Of a stretch of 64,000 bases of DNA, positions 26,054-39,655 are shown in pieces (the first letter of the stretch is position 1; each line of letters opens with the position of its first letter). Below the pieces are notes generated by a model. It did no database searches. It was not told the origin of the DNA and saw nothing but the letters and a program-made list of their open reading frames with translations. Source of the DNA: Blasia pusilla (taxonomy: Eukaryota); NCBI GenBank assembly GCA_050084515.1, contig CM114271.1, positions 32,302,001 through 32,366,000 of the forward strand. The letters are read 5' to 3'. Both the position numbers and the translations under genes were made by a program.

Positions 26054-29000
26054 ATCTCTTCTAATTTCTTTGTATGCATGTCTATTTTATGTGTTTAATT
26101 AATGAGATACATAATATTGTATATATAGAAATACTTCTATCCAATACATCTTAGACATGTTCTTATTCAATATATTTTTTAATATTTTGACTACGAGCAT
26201 ATTCTTTGCCGGAGTACCTATGCATTCATTGGAGGATGAAATTTCCTAATTAATTTGTTCTTTGTTTGACACATGTTTCTACCCACTAAAAAATACTTTT
26301 GCGATCGGATGATATCCTTGTTTCCTTTGGTAAAGAAGACTTATAAAATTCAGGATTAGTAAGGAGAGTCCCATTTGCGCTCGAGTTATTAAATAGAGAT
26401 CCATGCATGGTGTGGTCATGTCTACTTACTAATCGAGGTAGTAATTGGATGGTTAGAGTTCTACAATGTTGAAAATGTAGGGTTTTATCACGATGTTTAG
26501 TTGTATTTTCTTTTGGTAGGATAAGATGAAATTGGTAATAGAGTTATTATGTCAAGATTAAGGTTTGTGAAAAATTTCTTTATTTTCTATTTCAAATGAG
26601 ATAACATGTTGACTTGCTCAATCATTAATTGTTAGAATGTATGTATGTATGTATATATGATTTATGGCTATCTTTGTGAGAAGCCTCCATAAAGTCTTCC
26701 AAAGGTTACTCGAGATAGAGAGAGGGCTCTCAAGAACTATCTTTTTCATGTTGAGTCTAAGAAGCATCACTCACGTGAGGGTTTGGTGGAAATCACGATA
26801 AAAGAGTCTCAATCCCCTTAGGATTGAGACTCTTGATGTAGGATTGACCAAAATGATGATGTTTATTGCGATTCAGGGAGAGATATTTGAAGTTGGTTGG
26901 GTATGAAATTTACTTTAATTTTATTGTGTGATTTTGATGTATATTTCACGGGATTTTTTTAGATTTGGGTTATATCATTATAGAAAGGCATCAAGATTTT
27001 GAGATATGAACTTGCCTTCTCCATCTAATCTTACTTTGAGAATGCTAATTTATTCGAGATTGTAAAATGTGTATTTATTTACACTAATTAGAATATTAAT
27101 TAGAATCATAAGTATGTTGTAGAAGAATCTTCCCCACCCAAACGAGGAAGTTGAGATCCATATATAAATATAAATGTATATAAATAATAAAGTATTGTTG
27201 AGAATGACAGGAAAGAAAGGGAGGATTGGTGGTAGGGGCGATGCCAAGGCAAAGAAGTTTCATGATGAGGACCTTTAAGCAAACGAGTCTCTCCATGGCC
27301 ATAAGAAGATGATGTTGCAAAACCAGCAGGAGAGATGTTGGGATGCCCTAGATCATTGCTACTTACACTTCAAGGGTGGGTACAATATATTCAAGACTAG
27401 TCTTAACACACGATAATTCTCATGCGCAACAGCATTGTACTTAGACTTATGTTTATCTACAATTTGTAAATATCTTTCTTTACATCTAAACGTCTTCTTT
27501 TTCACTTTTGGAATACATTACGCTAATGGTAAGAATTGAAAAATATGATACAAATATGATAGTAGCCCTACATCTCCCACGCTCCAATTCATGGTTGAGA
27601 ATATGTATACTTACAACCGCATAATTTTATTGAGAATGCAATGATACGCTACTATCCTGCACTTTTCAGCAAAAGATGAGATTTTCAGATTGCACCCAAA
27701 GTAGAATTTTACAACCACTTTTTGGTTTTTGCTGCATCTTAGTATCTTCAATACTCTCACCTAATATTTATGGTTACAAAATTCCTTATTCATTTACAAA
27801 CAATACAAGTATGTGGATATTGGGAGGATCGTGGAAAAGTATATCACTACATCAGATTTTCACATTTTTTTCATGATATTTTCTTGTACATATTTTGTGT
27901 GACCAACCATGCATTTGCAACTACCAGGACGACTTGGACTGCCCAGAAAACTTCATCATCTTGTTGAGAGGGTGATTGACATGATTTAGACTAAACTCCA
28001 CCAACACTAGAAGAACTTACACTTGACCCTGAATGTGGATTGAGAAAGAATTTCCATTTGAGAAATGAAGACGAAAAAAAAACCTTCCAACCATATCCAA
28101 CAAAGTCTGCCATTGTGATGCAATTTAAAAAAGAAAAGACTTCATAAATTCCAATTTGAGTTGTTCACGTAATATGTACAGAATTCCGAGAATGGAGGGG
28201 AAAAGAGTTCATGACAAAAAAATAAACATAATATTCTAAACTGAAACGAGAAACAAAGTTTCTTAGAGGAAATTGCAATAGAAACATCCCAATTATAGAA
28301 AATCAGCGAACAGAGTTATCTGGTCTGGGAGAAAGACGCCAAAAAAATCGTTGAGCAGCCAAAAATAGTCAAGAGAACCCGTTGATTTAAGACTACACAA
28401 AAAATCTTGGCAACCAAATTCGAATAGAAATTTTTACGAAGAAAAACTTTTGATGGCTAAAACATAATTTGCGACCTGACTACGTAAGCATAACAGAAAC
28501 TTGAAGAAAATTTGAAAAACCGCCATATGCGAATCAGGTTGGGCCCAACAAAGATGATGGGGCAAACTTAGAGTGTACAAAGACCCGTGAGGGAGATGAT
28601 AAATGTCTACGAAGGTACAAAGCAAGTAGATTCAGTGTAGTTTTCTGCGTGACCTCTCATAGAGCGCTGTGTTGGAGGCTCCGCCTAATACTTTTCTTCA
28701 TGGACAATGACCAATAAAATGTATTTGTGTAGCTACCAAACTAACCACCCAGTTAGTTTTGGTAACTACACAACTATCCGTGTCCAGAATTACCCAATTC
28801 ATGCTCGGGTACATGCTTCTATCACAGCTCAAGAGGCGATGGGGAACTGAGATTTCTTGTTGACCACTGCCAAGAAAATTACAAAGAAAAATGGAAGCAA
28901 GGCTGAAAGTAGAGTTGAAATCAGGAACAAAGAGGAACAAGGCCAAAGCAAAGGAGCAAGTAAAGCATGTCAGTGGCAATCTTGAGCAAAGAACAAACAG

Positions 29001-30629
29001 TCACTAAGCAGATGATGAATGACACCCACTTTATAAACGCACATAAAGTCCATAGCAGGATGTCTGGTGCATTTAGAGCACTACCTTCTGTTTGAAGACC
29101 ATGATTTCTGTAATGAAGAGAAGACTTGTATACCTAGAAGCGAGCATTCTGGTGAAAAGGGAAATCGAGCTGAAAGATATCCAACTAGGACGGGACACTG
29201 ACGGCCAGTCATCCATCACAGAGCAGCTTGGCTAATCTTGACCTTCATAGAGTAAGATCCCTGTTTGTATAAAGAGCAGCAAAATGTAAGGACTGCAGAA
29301 AGGAACTTGTTTATCTTTGTAAGATGAACACCTGTTCTCATTATGGATGATCTAAAGGAAACCCCATACACCCCATAAATACCAAGAAGACTGAACCCTT
29401 TGTGAGTAATTCAAGAGTCATAATGACTATCCCATGAACGTGGCTAAAATTCCACAGCTCGTTCGCATTAGGTTAGGAGAACTAAGTTAAAGTGAGCTTT
29501 TTAAATAGAGCGATCCTGTTACGAGATTTAACCCGCACAATAATTAATATGACTTCACAAAGTGTTTTCAGGAACTTTAAAGAAACACTCAGCTGAAGTA
29601 GACTGTTATCTTTAGGAGCATTTCTGATTGAACCTGGGTAAAAAGAAGTTCTCCAGAACTTCCTAGAAGAGGAGCTAAGAGAGACAAGACTCTTTAGAAG
29701 TGAGATGGACCAAGGCACCATTTTCAGCAACGAAATAGAGATACTAATACACTAAAAGTGCACACTGCACTCGTAAAGTAGTAGTGCTAGTTGTAGACTT
29801 TAAAACATAGACCCTGCACCTTTCTTGGATGGTGCTAGTACAGGGCGAGGAAACTATGAAGCCAATACCATACAAGAGGGAGGAGACTCTTCTATGGAGT
29901 GTGTGTGTACCAAGCTGAGTATTTGCATGGAGCTTACAGAAGTCAACTCGGAATATCTTGACGACAGAATTGACTTTATCTGAATTCGTACTTCAAAACC
30001 TATTTCTATTTTGAGTAAAAGCCTTAAGTGACGAAAGGCTTAGGGCTTGGACTCTGTTCACTTACTTAATGTATTGCAAATGTATCGCTCCTTATATCCT
30101 TCCTACTAACTACAAATTACTTCAGACTTGGCAAGAAAAATGGAAGAGAATTAACTCTTGGCTTCCCCCACCCCACATGTCTTTAACTGTTAAACACTCC
30201 TGCCATCCACTGATCACTGATATTGGGTTCATGATGTGTGTGTAGAGGGAAGTCAGGGTTGATCTTAACCTAATCACTCTCCACAATAATTACAAGTACG
30301 AATAAATGCTGTAGATAACAATCATAGACTCAGGAAACTCAACAGATCAAGTCTTGGTAACAAACATAAGAATAAACCATCTTCAAAAAAAAGTGATGAA
30401 CACCACCCAACTTTGCTACAACGCAGTTTGAACCAAAGTCTCCAAATGATCAAGGACAACATGTCTTTCTCTCATCTTGGCGGGTGGAGTCACTGTATAT
30501 CTTTACATGATTGCAATAGCTCCCTAGAAATCCATATATTTTTAAAGTATGGGAAAACCGAGAGTAAAGAGCACTCGATTTTGTGATTCCCTGTGCTTGG
30601 ACCAGAACTTGGCTGACTCCAAGCTGTGC

Positions 30630-31937
30630 CTACATTCTGTGGTGGAGCTTCTCCTTCTCTCTGGCATTCTCGGCATACCTGCCCATGACAATAATCCGGA
30701 TTAAAAACTATGAACAATCACAAAAATGCGTAAGTGATGAATTCTCTAAAGTGAACTATAAACCACAGAACTGCTATCCCCTTTCTGGTCTGTTATTTCC
30801 TGATGAAAAAGACACTTCTGGGTGGATTAGTTCTTTGGATTGGCCTAAAGAGCTAACTGCACGTTTTAAATCAAGGTCGTCAATGAGGGGAAAGGATTTT
30901 TTCAATGTCTTTCCAAGAGCTACGCAGACAATTTCTTTCGAATGAGTAAAAACTGCCCAACAGCCCTATTCAGAGGGAAATAATAAATTTCAAACTCAGT
31001 GTTCATCTCATTAAATTGATCAGCTTATCCTTTCCAAAGGCCATTCTTTGATGGACATGGTCTTTGGGAACAACTGCTGACAGCATAGTTTATATTCATC
31101 AAGACAAGTACGTCACGTATAAGAGCAAATGTAGGTGATCCACAGCATCTCTGAACAGCGTGAGGTTCTCAGCAAAGCATGTAGATGGCTTCTTCGTAAG
31201 AAATTTAGGGATCCCTCGGGCTTCGGTTGAACCTTGCAATGACCGAATCCGGCCACCGAAATAGAAGAGCCAATTCCAACTTGGAACCGTATCAATACTC
31301 GCAGACCGGACACTGAGCTTCGCTATTCAAAGAACTCTTTGGCTGCCGGTCCTCACCTCCCAATCTCTCCATAAGGATGCAGGTTATCTTTGTGAAAGAA
31401 GCATTACTACAACAAGCAGAGGAAATCCAGATTGAATCCCTAACTTCTACTCTTCACAAGTCCTAGCACAACTGCGGTAAACGATCCACGAGAAAGAACC
31501 AAGTCTACCTAAAATAGCCACACGAACGAACTGAAATTCATGTCTCCGTACCCCAAATTCCAAACTCAATCTGGAGGTTGAAATCTCATGGCGAATTCCA
31601 TTGATCTAAGGAATACTCAGGGGTCCCTCCACCGAAAATCCAAACATGTTGCACGGCAGCTACAGTCAGAGATCCATTGATTCGACCTAATTCTCACGAC
31701 CTTCCCACAGACAGAGCGAGAGATTCCACGATTACCATAGTCCTCGAATACGGCAGGAGCACAAACTTACGTGTAGGTACCAGCGATGGGCAGCACGAGA
31801 GTCAAGGCATTCGCCCAGTTCTCCGAAATCCGCTTCTGGGTTTTGTAGCTGAACTGGCTCCAGAAGACGCTCATGATCTTCTGCTCGAAGGGCGACAGAG
31901 TGTACACGACCTCCTTCAACTTGTATCCCTTCGCCAT
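30630..31937 (-). CDS. QCR8: Cytochrome b-c1 complex subunit 8 (ubiquinone-binding, QCR8/UQCRQ), 71 aa. Exons 31937-31771 and 30678-30630
   Basis: MAKGYKLKEVVYTLSPFEQKIM...KRISENW...GTYT plus YAENAREKEKLHHRM*, joined by a phase-2 GT-AG intron. Confidence 0.93.
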
Positions 31938-32319
31938 GACTCCGATCTGGTCTGTCACCACACTCACCGATTCCTCCCTGCCACGCACAGCTGCTCGGTC
32001 TCTCGACGACGATCAATCCTTTTCTCTCTCTCTGTTTCTGTGAACGCAGAAACGCGAGTATCGATTGATCACTCAGTTGTGTCTGTCACCGCAGCACCCA
32101 CGCACCTTCCAGGAAGCCGCATTAACTTACCGGGACATCCGGAAGTTTTTCCCACAAGCGATATCCCAGAAAGGTCGGCACCTTAGGGCAACTCATAGCG
32201 GCGTCTCGTAGAGTTCGCGATGTATCTTAGTACCCGGTCCCATGCGGACTTCCTCTACAATACGCCCCTTTTTGTTTCAAAACATGATTGTCCCCGATTT
32301 CTTAAACGAATCATTCTTC

Positions 32320-32961
32320 TCTTCACGGGCTATACATTAGTTCTTCAAACATTTTTTTATTTCAAACACTTTTCTTGAGACATGACAACTAGGCAATAAA
32401 AAAATATTTCACATGCTACGGACAACAAAATAAATAAATTTATGTGCAACATCATTAATTTCTTCCCTTCACGGGCTATACGTTAGATCTCCAAACACTT
32501 TTTTATTTCCTGTGCATCGCGCGGGCACCTTATCTATATTATTATGGGAGTCTATCTTCTTTATTTGTAAACACCTCTCTGCTTGACACATGGCGACTGG
32601 GCAACAAAAAAATATTTCACATACTACGGGCAACGAGAAAAAAAATTGAATTTATGTCCAACATCAATAATCTCTTCCCGTCACAGGCTATACATTAGCT
32701 CTTCAAAAAACATTTATTGCTCGTGCATCGCACAAGCACCTTACTAGTGTATTATTCTTGGAGAGTGCCTTCTTGATTTGCAAACATCTCTCTATTTGAC
32801 ACGTGATAACTAAGCAATAAGAAAATGTTTCAAATGTTACGGGGAGCAAGAATTTTTTTTTGAAATTGTGCACATCATCATTAATCCCACCGACTATATA
32901 CTAGTAAAAGTTGTTCAAACACTTCTTTATTTCCCATGCATCGCACGAACACCTTACTAGT
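32320..32961 (+). mobile_element. Tandem of ~210-bp non-autonomous Helitron-like units (about 3 plus a partial)
   Basis: Each unit ends in a CCGTGCATCGCACGGG-type hairpin (32509-32526, 32719-32737, ~32933-32950) followed by ACCTTACTAG|T; the first copy is degenerate. This is the canonical Helitron 3' signature. Confidence 0.75.
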
Positions 32962-33119
32962 CATCTTTTAATAATAGAGATATAGAATTATTATCACTAA
33001 CACAAATATATAAAATATTATATTCATGATGGTTGAATATTGAGATCATCTTATACCAAAATATTTTCAATTAAATTTGGTCATTTAAAAAAAATCATTT
33101 TTTTCTCTTTCATTTCAAA

Positions 33120-34621
33120 TTAACCTCATTATGTTATTGAGAGGTTTGGGTTATTCAAAAGGCAAGGAGTATCATAATTCCGTCGTCCTATGCCAAAAGG
33201 TTTAACAAAAAGAAAAAAATTCAAAAAATCTCTTTCTAGATATGCCCCTTCCCTATCCCAAACTCTTTTAATGGTAATCTGTGCTCGTAGGCTACCTCCT
33301 CAACTCTTGATTAAGTGTGGAGGATCATAAATTCCTTCCCAATATGGAAAGTAAACTATACTCATAATATAAACTTATAATAAAAAACCAGTATGCGGCC
33401 CAGTTTTTGGGTTTTGAGTTTAATATGAACGAAGGTTCGTATTAGATGTGGAAGTTAAGAGGCTTGACCTATAAATAACCCTATGATACATATCCATCCA
33501 AACCGTTAAAAGTTTTATATCCAATGGCTGAAAACTTGCAGAATATCTTGCATTCTGCAAGCTCTGCCCTCAAAGTCGCCTTATCGTAGGGGCCATAATA
33601 AGTTTCTCTACATAGTTCCAAATGAGCCAAAATGAAGAGGAAACCTACCCTCTCAAATTATCTAAACCTTCAACATATCCTTCAATCCTTGATCTCCTAA
33701 GGGCTATGCTCCACTCTCCTCGAAGGTGCTCCACGGATACTCGTCGATTCATCTTAAAAGATGTGACAATTATCGTGCGCATACACATCATTACACAATA
33801 TACATTATTATCATCGACTATCAACAAAACTAGTAAACTCATATCATACTCATTTATGGCATTTCAATATCAAGACGATGTCGTGCGAATACACATCGCT
33901 GGCAAGATACATTGGTTGTCATGCACACACATGTCTAAGATCCATCTAGTTATGAATCCTAACATCTCTATACATGAACGAATAGACAACTCCAATATAA
34001 AGTTAAATACGCAATATAAACTCTGATGAAATCTGCAATCAACCGTGCTTCATCCAAACAACCATACTCATGATTCAGATACACATTGGTGTAACAACAA
34101 GAGAAAGTATACACAAGGATTCCCAAAATGTGTGATCTTCCTATCGATCGCTCCTAGCCCACTCTTCAAGAGAGAATCCAGGCTCAATACATGCAAGCCG
34201 CATTGTATCACAGATCCCAACAAGGGTTTGCAATCCTAAGGAAATGAGCTCCAAATGAGCCTCTTCCGGAATATACTCCCCTAAGCACCTCCATGGGTGA
34301 CCTGTACACACAGGGCACTTTCCCTCAGCAAGTTACTAATGACCTGTAGTACCTAAGTACTAACTCCCTAACAACTACACATGTGGTCCCCTCATGAGAC
34401 CAACTACCAACTAACCCACGACCTTATAGGTCCAAGTGGAGCCATATATGGTTGGGAAGGTCAACCTCTCCAAGGTTGCCACTCCTCATAAAGGGAAGGG
34501 TGACCTACACTCGTAACTCACCTCCTAAGAGCAGGTCACATATGACCTCTCAAAATAGGGAAGTACAAGACCCGTCTAAGGCCTTGATACTATCTTACCC
34601 TATACCCCATCTACCATGACA
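33120..34621. mobile_element. Stacked LTR-like units of the TGTCGTG family (33120-33768, start fragment at 33771, related LTR 33880-34621)
   Basis: Homology to 12446-13078. Repeated T(G/A)TCGTGCG.ATACACATC starts and ...GACA ends. Confidence 0.65.
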
Positions 34622-34639
34622 ACGATCGTGTACCAAAAT

Positions 34640-35760
34640 ATCTCCAATCACTCTCTAGTTGGTGGTTAGGTCCCTCTAACTCCAAACAACCATATATCCC
34701 TATCTATCATGATGTACATCTCTAAAATCCTAAGAGCAAGAAGGTCGGATGCTCATGTAGTTCCATCGTTAGTTGTATTCTTGTCATCCATGTCACAAAT
34801 ACAAATCTCGCTTTATGATTATCTAGCAGCTACTCTATGTACATTTGGGATATATCCATCGTCCTTGAGGAACTATAGTGAGAGATGACATAAGTCATGC
34901 CATGCGCCATCCTTTCGAACATTCATCATAAACTAGGATGATGGCTACACTACGGGAAGATCCACATAACATACAACGTAAGCATATAGGAACTACTTCA
35001 AAACTCAAATCAACTATGTCGTCAATGTAAGGAAGGTAACATGATGCAAAATTATGCATATGATTCTTCCAAACCATACCATTACATCCCTCCAACAAAA
35101 GGACATCGAATGGAAATCCTTCACGCACTCTTAAGATTATGTGTCATGCCTGTTGTCACATCCAACATTTTGGGTGCCCTTTAATGCAAATAAACATAGT
35201 CTCCCTGATGAAACCTCTAAATCTTTGGCTGATAACCACCTCCCTCAATAGTTGCATATCTCAACGTATCCTAATGTTGCACAATCGTCAAGTTCTCAAA
35301 CGCCATGGGCATAACTCTTAGAAATAACTCAACCCTCTAAGAATATGCTCGTATCCGTTTATTAGGGTTATGAAGGTTGAACACCTCACCAACATTACAA
35401 ATGGGGGTAGGTAAGTCAAACTCTCGACCATAAAGCAACAAATTAAGTAAGGTGGAAAGATGTCGGGGATGGTTGCCTATCAAATCTATATCCCATTGTC
35501 AACCATGGCAATTATATATCCCAATCTAGGCGAACTCTTTGCAAACCATGCTTGCATAAATCTCTCTTCATCGTCTAAATAACTCTCTGTACTAGTCTAT
35601 TTGCCTCAAGATGATCTCACAAAGTAGTTTAATGGTCAATCATCGTCTGATCACACAACTAAAACTCCCATAGAAACTCTATACCTTGGTATGTAAACAT
35701 CTCGGTTGGTACGTCATAATGACTTACCACTTGATCTAGGAATGTATATGCTACTCTGGA
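34640..35760 (-). pseudogene. Highly decayed integrase-PHD fragment of the same Gypsy family
   Basis: LLEGCNGMVWKNH...CLRCMLCGSSRSVAIILVYDECSKGWRM matches the 2642-3259 integrase/PHD. Confidence 0.8.
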
Positions 35761-36829
35761 TCCTTGTTGTGTGCATACACATTGATGATCATACACACCG
35801 ATATTCCCAATACAAGGCTCGATCCACTTAGAAACGAAATATACTCACGCATGTATATTTAGACCACACAAAAAAATTCAGAGTAAACAACGGCTCACAC
35901 GGCCAACTCCACTCTTGAATCTACATCGGTATACCAAGCCACATCCACCCTCCGCTATGAGGGGATCTGGGAGTTCACACCCTAGTTCCTACACACACAA
36001 AGTAAGAGATGTGCTCCTACGGTCGTTCTTTTTGAGTGGAGAATTGATATCTTCGGATATCACACCTATTGTGTGGCAGCATCTGGAGGAGGATACGAGA
36101 GTGTTAGATTTCTTTCGAGGGATCAACATGGCTGATAGCTACAATGTTGCACGATGACATTCAGATACTTCAATATCTCTATGTGGGGATTGATAAGATG
36201 AATCCGCGAACCAGTATGTGTCGGAAGATGTGGCGTGAATGATGGCACCAACATTGCTAGATGTGTATAGAGTAGTAGATCATGACAGATAGATGTGATG
36301 TCTACTATCTGGAGTTAGGGGGACTTAATTGCCAGCTAGAGGGGCGGTTGTGTGGTCTTGATATATATATATTTTTATCCTGAGTGAATCGGCCCATGTT
36401 CTGGGAAGATCGGTGTTGTGCGGTGTATAGAAGTGACTAGCGATATGGATCATGTAGCAATGTGTATGCTCACAAAAACTGCCACATCTTAGTTAGTCCA
36501 AAAGTAGAGTTCTACCGCTTCAACGCCACAGAAGGTCAACAGGTTGTTTGGGCGTAACTTTGTCTTAAGCGAGCTCTTAAGGTGTTGAATGAGGTCGATG
36601 AAAAGTCCATTGTATTGGGAATATTTATTCTTAAAATTTCCCTATTTTTGTCTTAGTCAGCTAGGTGATCTGTTGACCAAGTCAACGATCACCCCGTAAC
36701 CTCTACACGGAGGCTATTTTTGGACGAAGAGCTTTTGGCTCTTCCAAAGACTATAAGAGAGGGAGAGATGGATTTCCCAAACCATCTTTCTCATTTTGGG
36801 CCGTCATTTGAATTTTTTCAGCTCCAAGA

Positions 36830-37585
36830 AATAGACATGGCTCCATGCCTGCCTCACGAGCTCGTTTGCAATCCTTTGCTACTCAACGCTCGTATCCAAT
36901 AACGATGAAGAGGTCTCCACGCCATAGGAAGAGACACCCACCCTAGCATGCATATCTCTCCGTGAGACTATTTGCTACCAAGATGTCCTCCATATGGATG
37001 CTCCCTCCAACAACTCCCTCACCAACTACTCACTATATGTGAATATTGCCAACATGGTCCACCACCACTACACCTCGCAAACTGCACTAGTAAATGGGTC
37101 ACATGTCCATCACCTGATCACCATCCCAGTTGACAAAAAACCATCCCCTCTCAAAAATCAAGGATAAAACCAAGATGGTACAATACTGTACTCCTTACCA
37201 ACACATCATACAACTTTGTCAATGTCGTAGTCACCTGTGTGCACACCGTCGCGCTATCTGACTCTAGCTCTAGATAGAGTCTAACAACTAACTCCTCTCA
37301 AGTAACATATTACATGCACGTGGGTGATACGCCCCCAAAAGAAATCTGTATATGGAAGGGATAAGGCTCAATGTCGCCCTTAAAAAACCCCAACTCCCAA
37401 CATGGTGCCTTCATTGACATCAAGGGTTGCGCTCCCGAATCAAGTAGGACGCTCTGTGGATGATACACTATACCTGTTGGACAAACCAAGCAAAACACTC
37501 CAACTTGGTTACCCAACAACACCACAATTGGAGTCACCATGGCTCGCTCTATAGCTAGTCAAGTTGGCATATCTGCCAACTTCCC
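36830..37585 (-). pseudogene. Protease-region fragment of the same Gypsy family, truncated just before the methyltransferase domain
   Basis: PTGIVYHPQSVLLDSGAQPLM is nearly identical to the 8606-9076 protease. Homology runs to the equivalent of ~8270. Confidence 0.8.
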
Positions 37586-37587
37586 TT

Positions 37588-38029
37588 TGTCGTGTCTTTT
37601 AGGATAGATTGATGAGATAATAGAGTGCCTTTGAAGATACTGGAAAACAACCTCGAGAGGTTGAGGATGACCTATTGAGGCAACAGGTAACCTGAGAGGG
37701 CAAGTTTTCCCTTCGTTTTGGCTGATTTGGAGCCACATAAAGAAACTACATATTTCGGGTAAGTTATCATTTTGAGAATAGTTGACTTTCTACTTTGGGA
37801 AGTCAACCTTGATCTCCTATAGCAGGTTAAGAGTCAAGGAGGTGACATGCAAGCATAGTTTATCATGGAGAGAGTTTGGGAGAGGAAAAGGGATATATCC
37901 AAAGAGAGGGAGCTTGAGAGCTCATTCTTTTTTTATTGAACTTCTTGGCATGAGGGGGTGGAGCTATGGTCCTCCTTGCCTTGTGTATGTAATCCAAGCC
38001 TCTCATTAGGAGAGTGGATTTGGTTTGAC

Positions 38030-38122
<93 letters not shown>

Positions 38123-38160
38123 AGATTTGTGGGCACCATAGAGAGACGTTGTTGTGAGAG
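37588..38160 (-). mobile_element. Reverse LTR-like unit of the TGTCGTG family containing a (GA)n expansion
   Basis: Reverse complement of ~12590-13078. Confidence 0.7.
38032..38119. repeat. (GA)44 microsatellite
   Basis: Uninterrupted GA dinucleotide run. Confidence 0.97.
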
Positions 38161-39655
38161 GTTACTTGATTTACAAAGAGAAAATGAGAGAATGAGAGCT
38201 CCAATGTGGAAGCTTGTTGGTGGCTAGTTGCTTTATGCAAGTTGGGGATGGTGTTCCCCATTAAGTGACTCATGGAAGTGCTCATAGGAGCAAGAGCCGC
38301 TCAAATTTTATGTTTCTTTGTTGATTTTTTATACGGGAGAGTGACGCACTGAAGCGGTGCCCAATTTTTTCATATGGGGGCGGGTTGCTCCATGCTATTG
38401 CTCTCAAAATTACCATGTAGCTCTTTGATTTGTGTCTTTGTAGGTTTGAAATTTTTCTTGGGAGAAATCACTTTGAAAGTGTTGTTGAAATTGTTGTAGG
38501 AGAAGAGGTTGTGGGCTACACAACAGTCCCTACTACTTTTTTATGGAAGGTCAAATGAAGAAAAATATTTCACAATGGCATAGATCAAGAAGCCGTACAC
38601 GCTATCAAAGATATGATGTATGAGTTCAAGATTTGAGCACAAAGTTATTATAATTTTTGTGAGGCTACCTAGCAATCGTCCCAATGTCTGAGTGAAATTT
38701 CAAATTTTTTTCAGTAAAAACCATTTTTGAGAGATAGAAAAAAATAAAAACCATTTTATTTTAAGGGATAGGATAGATGAGGAGCTAGAATGGTTTTGGG
38801 GGACGTTGACCCTCGATTCTAGGAGGGAGTTGTGGAGAAGCAACCTTGGAAGCAACTAAATAATTGTCATTATGGGATTGAGGTTACCCAATTCCAGATC
38901 AATGGCATCGACATCATGTGGAACAACCAGATATATGAGGGATCCTAGTTGGATGTGCGGGATTGCATAGATGGAGGCAATCGTTGTTATTATGTGTGGA
39001 GCAGCTGCAAAGTTGGATCCACAAAGAGGGGAAACCACGAAACAGACTATGCTTCCTCACTCACTTACTTTTTCTATGGCGATGAGGATCCCATTCATGG
39101 GTCCTAACCAGAGTTCCCAAAGTGTGGATGTTGTTGGTGCGTAGGCACGACAAGAAATAGGAGAAGCAAACGTAACGAATCCTATTGTTGATGCTCAGGT
39201 AGAGCCTCTATGAGGAGCGGTAAGAGGAGAGGAAGAGAGGAGAGAGGAAACTACCTTCAACCCAAAGAGATACTTTTTTTAAGAGAGTTTTCGGTGATTT
39301 GAAGAGAGGAAGATTTTTTGTGAATATTTTTGCACTTTAGTTCTCTGTGCTTAGTCAATTAGACATATTTATTTTTCCTCTTTCCTATTCTGGCAACTTG
39401 TTTGAATCCTACGGGTTACAAGTTGCAAAATACAAAAAAACTGAAAAATCATTGGAATCGATAATGTGGAAGAAATCACTTTTTCCATACAAGAGCCGGA
39501 ACAAATCTATGATTTTTAATAGAGTTCAAGCTCATAGTGAGCATCCTGGGAGTTGTACAATCTAAGACCTCATTTTGCATCCTCAAAGTGTTTTGTTTTA
39601 AATACTTCGCACTTCTTTGAGGGAAAAAAATTGGTTGGTGGATTCCTATTCCTAC

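Noticed and set aside
27600-30600. Possible additional gene downstream of QCR8
   Set aside because: Only short ORFs with no recognisable motif or consistent exon chain. It could be UTR or non-coding transcript, which I cannot support from sequence alone.
37863-38285. ORFs with ERERER or SLSLSL tracts
   Set aside because: These are translations of the (GA)n microsatellite inside an LTR remnant.
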